Position numbers and translations under genes: made by a program. A DNA stretch of 64,000 nt from Thermodesulfobacteriota bacterium (GTDB lineage Bacteria > Desulfobacterota > Desulfobacteria > Desulfobacterales > SURF-7): positions 64,001-128,000 of the forward strand of contig JBMORA010000012.1 in assembly GCA_049320885.1 (NCBI GenBank), read 5' to 3'. Of this stretch, positions 19,723 through 29,728 are shown one piece after another; positions within the stretch are counted from its first letter, which is position 1; the number at the start of each line of letters is the position of its first letter. The notes under the pieces are model-generated. The model ran no database searches and was not told where the DNA came from. It saw only the letters and a program-made list of their open reading frames with translations.

Positions 19723-20991
19723 CTATCTTTCCATATTGAAGACTTTGGCCATATCCTCGTCCGTGAAACAGCGCTCGCTTTGATCCGGATTGGCCGCGTC
19801 GTCCTCCATCTGGCGGCGGTCATAGGCAGGGGCGAGCACCTGGTTGTAATATTCATGCTGGATCATCAGGTTCATGATCTGGGTGGTGCCGGTCCAGATC
19901 ATGCCGAGGCGCGTGTCCCGAAGGGCGCGCTCGATGGGGTAGACATCCGTGTAGCCGATGCCGCCCATGATCTGCATGGAGTTGTTGACGATGTCCCAGG
20001 CGGCTTCCGTGGCGAAGCGTTTGGCCTCGCTGACCAGGCGGCGGACATTGGGATAATTTTCATCCACGGCCCGGGCCGCCATATAGGTCAAGGCCCGGGC
20101 CGCGTCGAGCTGGGTGATGGCGTCCGCCACCTTGAAACTCACCGCCTGGTATTTGCGGATTTCCTTGCCGAAGGTCCGGCGACGGTCGGAATAGCGTACC
20201 GCCAGATCCAGGGCGCCCCAGGTCCCCAGACACCCGGCCGCGGAGGTCAGCCGCTCCGGGATCATCATCTGGTGGAAGCACAGGGCGCCGCCATGGAGTT
20301 CGCCCACGAGATTTTCCCGGGGCACCTTGACGTCACGGAACACCAGCCGGCCGGTTCCGCCGCCGCGGCAACCCATGAGGCCGTACATGTATTCGGTTTC
20401 GACCCCTGGTCCGCGATCGACGATCAAGAGGCTGAGGCGCTGGTATTTATGGGCTTTTTCATCAAAATTGGTGCGGCAGTACACCAGAAAGAAATCCGCG
20501 CCTTCGGCTCCCACCACGAAACGCTTCATGCCGTTGAGCACGAAATGATCGCCGCGCAACTCGGCCCGGGTCATGGCACCGAAGAAATCCGATCCGCCCC
20601 GGGGTTCGGTGAGGGCTTCGGCCGCCACCAGTTTGCCTTCGATGTAGGGTTTCAGGTATTTCTGCTTCTGTGTTTCCGTGCCGAATTTGTTCAGGGCTTC
20701 GCCCACAATGGAGGGCATCACGAAAGCGCAACCGAGGGCCATGCCCAGGCAGCCGATTTCCTCCGTGGCCGCCACTTCCGCCACCCAGCTCATGTTGCGG
20801 CCGCCGTATTGCCGGGGAAAGCGAATTCCCCGGAGGTTACATGCGGCCAGCTTTTCCACGAATTCACGCGGATAAACGATCTCGTCCTTGTCCATTTTCC
20901 GGAGAAAATCGCTGGTGATTTCCTCCCGGACGAATTTGCGGACCTGCTGTTTCAGTTCCCGTTCCTCGGGTGTCAACAAAAAATCGTACAT
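19723..20991 (-). CDS. Acyl-CoA dehydrogenase
   Basis: ALTEPRGGSD, LNGMKRFV, RRTFGKEI..YQAV, QIMGGIGY, IWTGTTQI; start at ATG 20991 (MYDFLL) with GGAGG RBS. Confidence 0.93.
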   Translation of the reverse strand: MYDFLLTPEERELKQQVRKFVREEITSDFLRKMDKDEIVYPREFVEKLAACNLRGIRFPRQYGGRNMSWVAEVAATEEIGCLGMALGCAFVMPSIVGEALNKFGTETQKQKYLKPYIEGKLVAAEALTEPRGGSDFFGAMTRAELRGDHFVLNGMKRFVVGAEGADFFLVYCRTNFDEKAHKYQRLSLLIVDRGPGVETEYMYGLMGCRGGGTGRLVFRDVKVPRENLVGELHGGALCFHQMMIPERLTSAAGCLGTWGALDLAVRYSDRRRTFGKEIRKYQAVSFKVADAITQLDAARALTYMAARAVDENYPNVRRLVSEAKRFATEAAWDIVNNSMQIMGGIGYTDVYPIERALRDTRLGMIWTGTTQIMNLMIQHEYYNQVLAPAYDRRQMEDDAANPDQSERCFTDEDMAKVFNMER

Positions 20992-21034
20992 GGCGGCCTC
21001 CTGGGCGATGGGGTTGGGAATGATGGCGGAAAAG

Positions 21035-21078
21035 TTTTGAACAATGCTCAAAATATTGAACGATGCTCAAAATGTCAA
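21035..21078 (-). promoter_or_regulatory. Sigma70 promoter overlapped by two tandem imperfect palindromes (putative TetR operators)
   Basis: TTTTGAACAATGCTCAAAA (21035-21053) and TATTGAACGATGCTCAAAA (21054-21072); minus strand TTGACA-N17-TATTTT. Confidence 0.7.
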
Positions 21079-22967
21079 GCATTATCCCAGGGCGTCAGGG
21101 ATGCCATGTAATACTGGTCCGCCATGGTCAGGGAAAGCCAGCGTCGTTGAAGGCCATCGTGGGCAAAACAAACGGCGGGCAGATCAGGGGCGGCTTCGGC
21201 CGTACGGTCCTGCCATTGGTGGACCACCGGCTCCGGCAGGGAACAGTCGATCAGGATCCCGTCCAGATGGCCCAGGGATTCGAGCTCCCCGCTTTCCGGC
21301 AGCCGTTCCGCCCGCCACCAGAAGACCTGGCGTTGCATTTCCCCACGGAAAACGGCTGGTTCCAAGGTGGAAACCAGGGTGAAAAGGACGGCGCGGTTTC
21401 CGGGTTCCTGGTGGAGGAAACGCAGATCGTTGTCCAGGTAATGGGGCCGTTTCAGGTGGATGGAAGAAAGGAGTTCCGCCGGATTCATCTGGATGGCGGG
21501 CTCAACGGCGATGATTTCCAGCGGCGTGAAGGGATTGGCGCGGGTAATGACGGCAAGGGACTTGGCGACGGGCCCCCAGTCCCGGATCCGCGGCAGCAGC
21601 AACTGATAGGGGTGGGTGAGTTCACCGGACAGGGTTTCCAGTTCGGCCAGGGCACGTCCGGGATGGAGGACCAGGCGGTGCAGGCTCTTTCCGGCGCCGG
21701 TTTTCACCCACAGATCGAAAAAATCTTCCGGACGGGCGCTGCCGGGCCGCAGGCAGATGTTCAGATGAGGCGCCGGAAACAGGGCCACGTCGAGCTGTTC
21801 CTCGGCCTCCTCGAAAGCCTGGTAAATGTCGTCGGATGAAAAATCAGGCGTGGAGATGACCGTATACGGGGGTTCCGGCTCGAATGCCAGGCCCAGGTCG
21901 GGGCTGTTTCGCCGGAAAACCGTTCCGGGCAGCACGGAAAGCGGAAACACCTGGATATCGTCGTCCAGCCGGTTGTCCTTGACGAACGCCAAAGAGTTCC
22001 GGAAGCCTTGCAGGGTGTCACCGGGCAGTCCCACGATGAGGTCGATGCGGGGCAGGATGCCGCGTTCCTTCAACAGATTCACGCCCTTCAGAAAGCGGTT
22101 CGGGTCCGTGGCCCGCTGCATGACGGCCAGGGCCTTCGGGGTGACGGATTGGAGTCCGATTTCGAATCCGGTGAATCCGGCCGCGGCGAACAGTCCGGCC
22201 AGTTCCGGGCCCACGGCCTCGGCGCGGATTTCGGCGTTCAGGGACAAGCGCTTGTTCCGGTTGAGGCCGGCGATTTTTTTCAAGAGCGACTTCAAACCCG
22301 GCCGGATGTTCAGGGAAGGATCCAGCAGGCAGAGTTCGCTGATGCCCTGATCCAGGGCCCATTGGACGGTTGCCAGCACCAGTTCATCCCGGACGAAAAC
22401 CAGGTTGTCCCTGGATTTGTGGTAATAGCAGAAGGCGCAGCGGTGCGGGCAGCCGCGCTGGCTTTCGAAATACACGAGGTCATCGATATGCGGCTCCAGG
22501 AGACCGCTGATATAGGGGCTGGGGGAAGCGGAGAAAATTTCGTCGGCGCCCCTGTCCGGCTCCCGGAGACCGAGAAGGCCCCGGAACGCGGCCTCGCCCG
22601 GTCCCACCACCAGATGATCCGCGCGGCTGGCGGCCAGGATGGGATTGTCCGGGGTGATTTCCGGTCCACCCAGGACAATGCGGGCCACGCCGGCATCCTT
22701 CAATTTTTCCGCAAGGTACAGGGAGCGGCGGATATTCCAGTTGAATACCGTGAAACCCACCGTATCCGGCCGTTCTGCGAGAATCTCCCGGATCAGGGCC
22801 GCGTCGCCCAGGTAGGCGGAGCGGCTTTCCGGGAAGATAGCGATTCGGTCAGCTTCCGAAAAGCCGCCGGCCAGTTTCAGGCAGGCGGCGGCCAGGGGGA
22901 TGTTGCCGGTCTTCAGACCGTAATTGATCTGGGGAATGGGCAGTTGCAGCAGCAGAACCAGGGGCAT
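21075..22967 (-). CDS. B12-binding domain radical SAM protein with C-terminal extension
   Basis: NIPLAAACLK, VLGGPEIT, ESQRGCPHRCAFC, EIGLQS, DLIVGLPGD, LSVLPGT. Confidence 0.88.
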   Translation of the reverse strand: MPLVLLLQLPIPQINYGLKTGNIPLAAACLKLAGGFSEADRIAIFPESRSAYLGDAALIREILAERPDTVGFTVFNWNIRRSLYLAEKLKDAGVARIVLGGPEITPDNPILAASRADHLVVGPGEAAFRGLLGLREPDRGADEIFSASPSPYISGLLEPHIDDLVYFESQRGCPHRCAFCYYHKSRDNLVFVRDELVLATVQWALDQGISELCLLDPSLNIRPGLKSLLKKIAGLNRNKRLSLNAEIRAEAVGPELAGLFAAAGFTGFEIGLQSVTPKALAVMQRATDPNRFLKGVNLLKERGILPRIDLIVGLPGDTLQGFRNSLAFVKDNRLDDDIQVFPLSVLPGTVFRRNSPDLGLAFEPEPPYTVISTPDFSSDDIYQAFEEAEEQLDVALFPAPHLNICLRPGSARPEDFFDLWVKTGAGKSLHRLVLHPGRALAELETLSGELTHPYQLLLPRIRDWGPVAKSLAVITRANPFTPLEIIAVEPAIQMNPAELLSSIHLKRPHYLDNDLRFLHQEPGNRAVLFTLVSTLEPAVFRGEMQRQVFWWRAERLPESGELESLGHLDGILIDCSLPEPVVHQWQDRTAEAAPDLPAVCFAHDGLQRRWLSLTMADQYYMASLTPWDNA

Positions 22968-23073
22968 GGCCGTTATCTTCGCGAATGTAAGGGCGTTGTC
23001 ATTAAGGCAGGGCAATTTCGAATGATTTTTGGAAAATAGTCAATCCAAAATTGATGTGGAGCGCCCGGCGGTG

Positions 23074-24885
23074 TCAGTCCCGGATTTTGATGATGACCAG
23101 GGTGATGTCGTCTTCTTGCTCACGGGGACAGCGGAAATCGTCGAGTTCCCGGAGAACGGTATGAATGATGTCCTCGGCCGGTTTGGCGGCCACGGAGCGG
23201 ATCACGGATTGAAATGCTTTTTTTCCGAACAGGTCGCCAGCCGCGTTCCGGGTTTCCCAGATACCGTCGGTGCCGATGACCAGGATCTGACCGGCCCGGA
23301 TGTCGCTGATGTTCTGCTCATATCCATTGCTTTCCATCACCCCCAGGGGCAGGCCTTTTCCCGATAGTTCTCGGAACGAATCGTCGCCCGGATCGTAGAC
23401 AAAAGCCGGATCGTGTCCGGCGCGGACATACCGGATTTTTTTTTGCCGAGAATCGATTTCCAGAAACAAAAGCGTCACAAAACGGCCGGAGTCCTCCACG
23501 TCCTTCACCAGCTGGTTGTTGACATCCGAAATGATGCGGCCCGGATCATCCTGTCCGAAGGTATGCTGACGGAGAATGGCGCGAACCGTCGCCATCAACA
23601 GGGCCGCGGGAATTCCATGGCCGGAAACATCGCCCACCGCGACGCTGATGGACGGGCCGTCGGGGTGAAGAAAAAAATCGTAGTAATCCCCGCCGGTCTC
23701 GTCGCAGTAGCGGCTGATCCCGGCGATGTCCAGGCCATGGACCAGCGGATTGGATTTGGGCAGCAGGTTCCGCTGGACATCCATGGCGAGCCCCAGGGCC
23801 TGTTTCATGTGCAGCCGTTCCTCCAATTGAAGCGCCATGGAATTGAAATTCCTTATCAATTCGCCGACTTCATCCCGGGTTTTGGCCTCGAGGGCCGGAA
23901 ATCGTTCTCCGCCGGCCAGCTTGCCGGCGGCCCGGGTGACATTCTTGATGGCCGATACGGTTCGGCCCGTGACCAGTCGGATCAGCAGCAAAATGAAGAA
24001 AATGAACCCGGCGCCGGTGACGATGTAGAACCAGCTGAAATGACGGATGGGGGCCAGAATCTCATCGGCGGGCGCGAACATCACCAGAAACCAGGGGGCT
24101 TCCGTGAGGCGGTGGAACCCGCTGACTTCCACGTCCAGGTACCCCTTGCCGATCACTGTCCCGCTCGGTTTTTCCCGCATGGCCGCAAGGGTCCGGGCTT
24201 CCAAGGCGTTGCCGTTTTCCCCCAGCATTTTTCCGGCATCCGGGCTTGTTCCGGTCAGGATATGGCCGTCATGGTCCACGATAAAGGCTTTATCGCTCTG
24301 CCACCACCCCATGCCGGCCACGGCGGACAGGAGATAATCGAACCGCAGAACCACTTCCAGACGGCCGACGACCCGTTTTTTTTCATCCTTGTACTCCGAT
24401 ACGATGGATACGGTTCGGTTTTCGGTCTGGGAATCGTAATGCGGCGGTGTAATGTCGATGGATTCATTCCGGTGGTTCCCTCCATGGCCGGTTGATCCTT
24501 TACCATGGGTGGAATGCGGTTTCGGAGGCCGGGAAGATCCTTCCGGAATGAGTTGTCGATCAGTCGCAATCCGTCCCGTCAACCGGACGCGGACGACTCC
24601 CTCCATTTTTTCGAGCTGGTGGATGACGGCGCCGCGAAAATGATCCGCGTGGGGAAGATCGGCGCTTTCATGAACCATCCGCATCCAGTCTTTTGGATGA
24701 CCGAGGCGCATATCGATCTGGTGGGCCGCCCGTTCGAGTTTCAGCATGGACGCTTCGCCCCATTGATCCAGAAGACTGTCCCGGGCATAGATAAAGCCCA
24801 CCAACCCCATGCTGAACAAAAGGATCGCCACGGGAAGGAGCATGAAAATCGCAAAGCGCTGCTGGAGTGATTTGGGCTTGATCAT
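23074..24885 (-). CDS. Membrane sensor SpoIIE/PP2C-family protein phosphatase (Cache-HAMP-SpoIIE)
   Basis: Two TMs, HAMP (DEVGEL...FNSM), GGDYYD, GDVSGHG, RAGH, TDG, DDIT. Confidence 0.92.
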   Translation of the reverse strand: MIKPKSLQQRFAIFMLLPVAILLFSMGLVGFIYARDSLLDQWGEASMLKLERAAHQIDMRLGHPKDWMRMVHESADLPHADHFRGAVIHQLEKMEGVVRVRLTGRIATDRQLIPEGSSRPPKPHSTHGKGSTGHGGNHRNESIDITPPHYDSQTENRTVSIVSEYKDEKKRVVGRLEVVLRFDYLLSAVAGMGWWQSDKAFIVDHDGHILTGTSPDAGKMLGENGNALEARTLAAMREKPSGTVIGKGYLDVEVSGFHRLTEAPWFLVMFAPADEILAPIRHFSWFYIVTGAGFIFFILLLIRLVTGRTVSAIKNVTRAAGKLAGGERFPALEAKTRDEVGELIRNFNSMALQLEERLHMKQALGLAMDVQRNLLPKSNPLVHGLDIAGISRYCDETGGDYYDFFLHPDGPSISVAVGDVSGHGIPAALLMATVRAILRQHTFGQDDPGRIISDVNNQLVKDVEDSGRFVTLLFLEIDSRQKKIRYVRAGHDPAFVYDPGDDSFRELSGKGLPLGVMESNGYEQNISDIRAGQILVIGTDGIWETRNAAGDLFGKKAFQSVIRSVAAKPAEDIIHTVLRELDDFRCPREQEDDITLVIIKIRD

Positions 24886-25298
24886 GATCGCATCCTCATT
24901 AAAACCAGCATGACAAACTCAACCATCCACCATTACTGATGGGGATACTGAAAAGATATTATCCATCTAAATTGAGACATTACGGTACCATACGGATGGT
25001 GGAATGACAATGACGATTAATGGTCCATAAATAGCTCTGCCAGAGGACTGGCAGGATAGAGCGCGCTCGCGCATGGAGATAGGACCGGTCAACCGGCATC
25101 GCCGTGTTTGTGAGACACAAGTGTACCGGTCGACCGTATCAATCCATCACGATAAATGAATTTGCATTTTACCAGATAGTATGAGATCATCATACGACAG
25201 ATTCAACAAGCTGAATTGCTAGCGTAAATACGCGTATATCGTTGCATTTTCTCACCAACCGTTACCATATTTGTCCGATTTTAGAAATCCATACTTAT

Positions 25299-25315
25299 TT
25301 GGTATGAATAGTGCT
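25299..25315 (+). promoter_or_regulatory. Sigma54-like promoter of the cus-type operon (TTGGTATGAATAGTGCT)
   Basis: GG-N10-GC spacing, about 74 bp upstream of the first TolC start. Confidence 0.5.
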
Positions 25316-25388
25316 ATACTATCTCACAGCTGTAAGTACAAGACCATTTTCGGGAGAGTCCCGCTATCCGATCACAAGGGGCAGGAAA

Positions 25389-26789
25389 ATGGATGCATCC
25401 ATTCAAATCGACAAACAAAATTGGATATCTCCGGAAAATCCGGGTCCAGGGGGCTGGTTGTTCCCGTGGGTTGCCTTCCTGTGCATCCTGTGGACCGGAT
25501 CGGCTCTTTTTGCTGATGACAATCTGAAAAAAATAGAGGAGCGAATGATCAACGGTCCTGCTCCGGCCGATGTGGTGGAATATGCCTACCGGGCGGGGAC
25601 CCGGATCGCCGCCGCCAGGGCCGGCTGGCGGGAATCCCTGGAGCAGACCCGGGTCACCGGGGTCTATCCGGACCCGCGGCTGAGCGCCACCTACTATCCG
25701 GGGTCGGTCCCCGGAGACCTGTTTGCCAAAAAATACGAACTCATGCTTTCCCAGGAAATCCCGTTTCCGGGAAAGCTCGGCGCAGCCGGGGACGCAGCTA
25801 AAATCGAGGCCCGTTCCGGCCGCATCAACCTGGACCGGGCGGTGCGGGATACGGTGACGGCGGTGCGGGCTTCCTACCATGAGTTGAATTACATCCGCAC
25901 GGCCAGGCGCATCGCGGAGCAGAACCGGAAACTGGTGGACGAATTGAGGGGGCTTTCGGAAACGGCCTATGCCAAAGAACGCGGAACCCTCATCGATGTA
26001 CTGAAAGCCCAGTCCCAGTCCGCCCAGACCGGATACAACGTCCTCCTGCTCGGCGAGCTGGAGGAAACCGAAACCGCGCGCTTGAACGCCCTGCTCGACC
26101 GGGAGCCGGGGGCGGTGATCGGGCCGTTGGCGGATGATCCGCCCCGGCCAGTGGTCTACTCCCTTGGGGAATTATACGCTCTGGCGGAAAAAAACCGGGA
26201 GGAAATCCAACTGGCCAGGGCGGAGAGGGAAAGAGCCAGGGTCGAGGAAACCATCGCCGGGTATGAAACCTATCCGGATTTCATGCTGGGCCTGTCCTAC
26301 GAATCCTTTCAACCGGAGGATCTGTCGGCTTCCCGGGAAGACATGGTGGGGCTGCAGTTCGGTTTTTCCCTGCCGCTGTGGCTGGACAAATCCGCCGGCC
26401 GGAGGGCAGCGGCCCGGTCGGTCTCCCGCAAGGCCGAGGCCATGACCCGCACGGAAATCAATGAAACCCGCGTCCTGGTGCGGGAAACCCTTTTCCAGCT
26501 GCGGAATGCCGAAAGGCTCATGACCCTCTATGGGGATTCATTAATCCCCCAGGCCCATCGCTCCCTGGAAACCGCCGAAACCTGGGCCCGCCAGGGAACC
26601 GGCAGCCTCTCGGATTATCTGGAGATTCAGTCTGTCTGGTATAACTTCCAGCTGGCCATGGCCCGGGCGCGCGCGGATTACGCCGTTTACCTCGCCCGCC
26701 TGGAAGGCCTGTGCGGACAGGACCTGACAAGAAGGGAGGAGGCGAAGGGAGACCTGACGGCTCCCGGATCCGGGGAGGCTGCGCCATGA
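25389..26789 (+). CDS. TolC-family outer membrane efflux protein (1)
   Basis: YPDPRL, SQEIPFPGKL, YPDFMLG, SLPLW, coiled-coil helices; first gene of the HME-RND operon. Confidence 0.85.
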   Translation: MDASIQIDKQNWISPENPGPGGWLFPWVAFLCILWTGSALFADDNLKKIEERMINGPAPADVVEYAYRAGTRIAAARAGWRESLEQTRVTGVYPDPRLSATYYPGSVPGDLFAKKYELMLSQEIPFPGKLGAAGDAAKIEARSGRINLDRAVRDTVTAVRASYHELNYIRTARRIAEQNRKLVDELRGLSETAYAKERGTLIDVLKAQSQSAQTGYNVLLLGELEETETARLNALLDREPGAVIGPLADDPPRPVVYSLGELYALAEKNREEIQLARAERERARVEETIAGYETYPDFMLGLSYESFQPEDLSASREDMVGLQFGFSLPLWLDKSAGRRAAARSVSRKAEAMTRTEINETRVLVRETLFQLRNAERLMTLYGDSLIPQAHRSLETAETWARQGTGSLSDYLEIQSVWYNFQLAMARARADYAVYLARLEGLCGQDLTRREEAKGDLTAPGSGEAAP

Positions 26790-28327
26790 AGAGCCATATG
26801 CTGATGCCGGCAGTTTTCCTGCTTCTCCCGCTAACGGCCTGCTTCAATGAAAAAGCGGTGATGGAGGAGATGGACCGGTATGCCCCTCCGGCGGTATATG
26901 GAGTGGCCCGGGCCGCCGCCACACCCGGGAGACCTTTGCCGGACAACGGTCTTCGCAGGGAGGACGATTTTTCCCGACAGCGGGAAGCGCTTCTTGCAAT
27001 GAAACAGTCGGCGGAAAGCGCTCAGTCGCGACCGGACAGGGAAGGGAGCTTCTATGTTCCGGAGCCCGGTCGCCTGGAAGCCCTGGCGCCTTCCCTGGAT
27101 GATCCGGAAGCTTCGGGAAAGATGCTGGCCGGCGATTTTCCCCTGGCGGATCTCGAGCTCCTGGCCTGGGGCCGGAATCCCATGATCAAAGCAGCGGAAA
27201 ACGGTTTCCGGGCCGCCCTGGAGTCCTACGATCAGGTTGCCGGTCTCGATGAGATCCTGGACCAATACGCCGCCTTCACCGCCGGTTCCATGGTCTTCCC
27301 GAAAACCCGGGAGGAAATGGGCGCCATGGACCGGCAATTTCCCTTTCCCGGCATTACGGCCCTCAAGGGCCGTATCGTCACGGCCGATATCGCCGCGGCC
27401 CGGCAGGACCTGGAAATCGCCCGGCGCAGGGCCATCACCGAAACGCGGAGGCTCTACTGGGATCTGGTTTACAACCGCAAAGCCGTTGAGATCATTTCCC
27501 AGACCCTGGTCCTGCTGGACGGATTCGAGGCTTCCACCCGGAAACGCTATGCCAGCGGCCGGGCTTTTCTGCGGGAGCCTGTCATGCTCCGCATCCGCAA
27601 GGAGAAGTTGAAGGAAAAACAAATCAGCCTGATCGAAAACGGCCGCAGCCTGGAAGCGCGTCTGAAAGCGCTGCTGCTGCTGCCCGGCGAGGCTGTCATC
27701 GGGCAGCCTGCCGGCCGGGAAGGACGCCCGGAATTGCCCTCCCTGAAGGAACTGAACAGGCTGGCGGCGGTTCACCGTCAGGAACTGATCCGGATGCGCA
27801 GCATGATCGCCCGGATGGAATGGATGATCGAGATGGGCGAGACCGACATCTATCCGGGATTTTCACCGGCCGCCTCTTTTTCCGGAATGGACGGGACGGA
27901 GCGCCCGGCGGTAGATCGAATCCAGGCCGCCATGGACATCGGACTGCCGCTGAAGCCGTTCACCGGCCTGTCCGACGCCTATCTGCGGGAGACGCGTCAG
28001 CGGCTCGAAGCCCTGCGCCGGGAACTGGAAGGTCTCACGGCAGATACCGTGGCCGATGTCCGGGAAGGCTGGACCGCGGCGGACCGGGCCAAACGGGAGG
28101 AACAGCTGTACCGGGAGAAGTTGTCCGAACTCTCGCGCCTGAACTACCTTGCTTCCCTGAGGGCCTATGAAAGCGGGGAGCTTTCCTTTGCCGAAACCGT
28201 CGAGGCCTTGCTGCTGGAATTGTCGGTCAGGCTGGCAGGAGAGAAACGCCGGGCGGAATTGCACATAGCCGTGGCGGAACTCAAGGCCGCAGTGGGTTTT
28301 TCCTGGCCGGAAAACCGGAAAAGATAA
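26786..28327 (+). CDS. TolC-family outer membrane efflux protein (2), lipoprotein
   Basis: Lipobox LTAC; RNPMIKAA, FPFPG, AYESG; ATGA overlap with the previous gene. Confidence 0.78.
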   Translation: MKSHMLMPAVFLLLPLTACFNEKAVMEEMDRYAPPAVYGVARAAATPGRPLPDNGLRREDDFSRQREALLAMKQSAESAQSRPDREGSFYVPEPGRLEALAPSLDDPEASGKMLAGDFPLADLELLAWGRNPMIKAAENGFRAALESYDQVAGLDEILDQYAAFTAGSMVFPKTREEMGAMDRQFPFPGITALKGRIVTADIAAARQDLEIARRRAITETRRLYWDLVYNRKAVEIISQTLVLLDGFEASTRKRYASGRAFLREPVMLRIRKEKLKEKQISLIENGRSLEARLKALLLLPGEAVIGQPAGREGRPELPSLKELNRLAAVHRQELIRMRSMIARMEWMIEMGETDIYPGFSPAASFSGMDGTERPAVDRIQAAMDIGLPLKPFTGLSDAYLRETRQRLEALRRELEGLTADTVADVREGWTAADRAKREEQLYREKLSELSRLNYLASLRAYESGELSFAETVEALLLELSVRLAGEKRRAELHIAVAELKAAVGFSWPENRKR

Positions 28328-28337
28328 GGGGGCTGTC

Positions 28338-29705
28338 ATGTTCGATTCTATTTTCCGTGAATCCTCGGGCCGATTATCCCGCCGACAGGTTGTGGCCGCC
28401 CTGGTGGCGCTGGTGGTGCTCGCCGGCGCGATTTATCTTCTGGCGCGGCCGGGGGGAAACGGCGGCGGAACCGGAGGCACCCCCGGACGGAAAACCGGGG
28501 AGCGCACCATCCTTTTCTACCGCAATCCCATGAATCCCGCCATCACCTCGCCCACGCCGGCCAAGGATGAAATGGGTATGGACTATCTTCCGGTATATGA
28601 GGACGAAGGCAATGCGCCGCCGAAAAGCATGGAGCAGGAGGTGGAGGACTTTTTCGCCGAGGAGGATGGTGCCGGGGGCGGAGCGGTGGAGGGACTGGTG
28701 CCCGTGGTGTTGTCGGCCCGGGCCACGGCCATGGCCGGTGTCCGGACGGCGCCGGCCGTATCCGGTCCCATTTATGGAAATATCCGCACCGTGGGGCGGG
28801 TGATGGCCGATGAACGCCTGGTCCGCCAGGTCCAGACCCGGGCCGCCGGCTGGGTGGAACAGCTGGTTGTCCAATCCGCCGGGCAGATGGTGGAAAAGGG
28901 GGCGCCGATTCTCTCCCTCTACTCGCCGGAATTGTTTTCCAGCCAGGAGGAATTTCTCCAGGCCGGGGATACGGCCCGGAAACTGGCGAAATCCCCTGAT
29001 CCGGAAACCCGGAAATTCGGTCGGGGATTGGAGCAGGCCGCCATTCAACGCCTGAAACTGTTCGATGTCCCGGAAGCCTTCATCGCGGAACTGGCCGAAA
29101 AACGGCAACCCGTGCGGGCCGTCACCCTGGTGGCGCCCCTGTCCGGTTTTGTCATGTTGAAGGAGGTGTTCGCGGGGCAGCAGGTTTCGCCCGGGATGCT
29201 GTTGTTCGAGATCACCGATCTTTCCCGCATCTGGGTGGAGGCCGATTTCTACGAATCGGACGGCACGGCCCTGAAATCGGGGCAGGAAGCCGTGATCCGG
29301 TCGCCCTATGATCCGGCCCTGGAGCTGACCGGCCGGGTGGACCTGGTCTATCCGTTCCTGGATCCGGAAAGCCGTACCATCAAGGTCCGGCTGGAATTTC
29401 CCAACGAGTCCCTGGCGCTGAAGCCCGGCATGTACGTGGACGTGGACCTGCGCCTGGACTTCGGCCCCGGCATTTCGATCCCGGAGTCGGCGGTGCTGGA
29501 CTCCGGTACGCGCAAGGTGGTTTTCATCGACAAAGGGAACGGGCGTTTCGAGCCCCGCGAAGTGGTGCCGGGAGCGCGCAGCAACGGCGGCATCCAGATC
29601 CTGAAAGGCGTGGCGCCAGGGGAAAGGGTGGCCGTGACCGCCAATTTCCTGCTGGATTCGGAGTCGCGGCTCCAGGCGGTGATTCAGGAAATGATGAAGA
29701 AATAA
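28338..29705 (+). CDS. cusB: CusB-type heavy-metal efflux periplasmic adaptor
   Basis: N-terminal metal motif YRNPMNP..S..PAKDEMGMDYLPVY, LYSPEL, LKPGMYV, FLLDSESRL. Confidence 0.88.
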   Translation: MFDSIFRESSGRLSRRQVVAALVALVVLAGAIYLLARPGGNGGGTGGTPGRKTGERTILFYRNPMNPAITSPTPAKDEMGMDYLPVYEDEGNAPPKSMEQEVEDFFAEEDGAGGGAVEGLVPVVLSARATAMAGVRTAPAVSGPIYGNIRTVGRVMADERLVRQVQTRAAGWVEQLVVQSAGQMVEKGAPILSLYSPELFSSQEEFLQAGDTARKLAKSPDPETRKFGRGLEQAAIQRLKLFDVPEAFIAELAEKRQPVRAVTLVAPLSGFVMLKEVFAGQQVSPGMLLFEITDLSRIWVEADFYESDGTALKSGQEAVIRSPYDPALELTGRVDLVYPFLDPESRTIKVRLEFPNESLALKPGMYVDVDLRLDFGPGISIPESAVLDSGTRKVVFIDKGNGRFEPREVVPGARSNGGIQILKGVAPGERVAVTANFLLDSESRLQAVIQEMMKK

Positions 29706-29728
29706 GACAATAATTCAGGTATGCCGAT

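Noticed and set aside
25290..25306. CATAC-N7-GTATG as a CsoR operator
   Set aside because: It lacks the G/C tracts typical of CsoR boxes, no csoR is in the window, and it overlaps the better sigma54-like match
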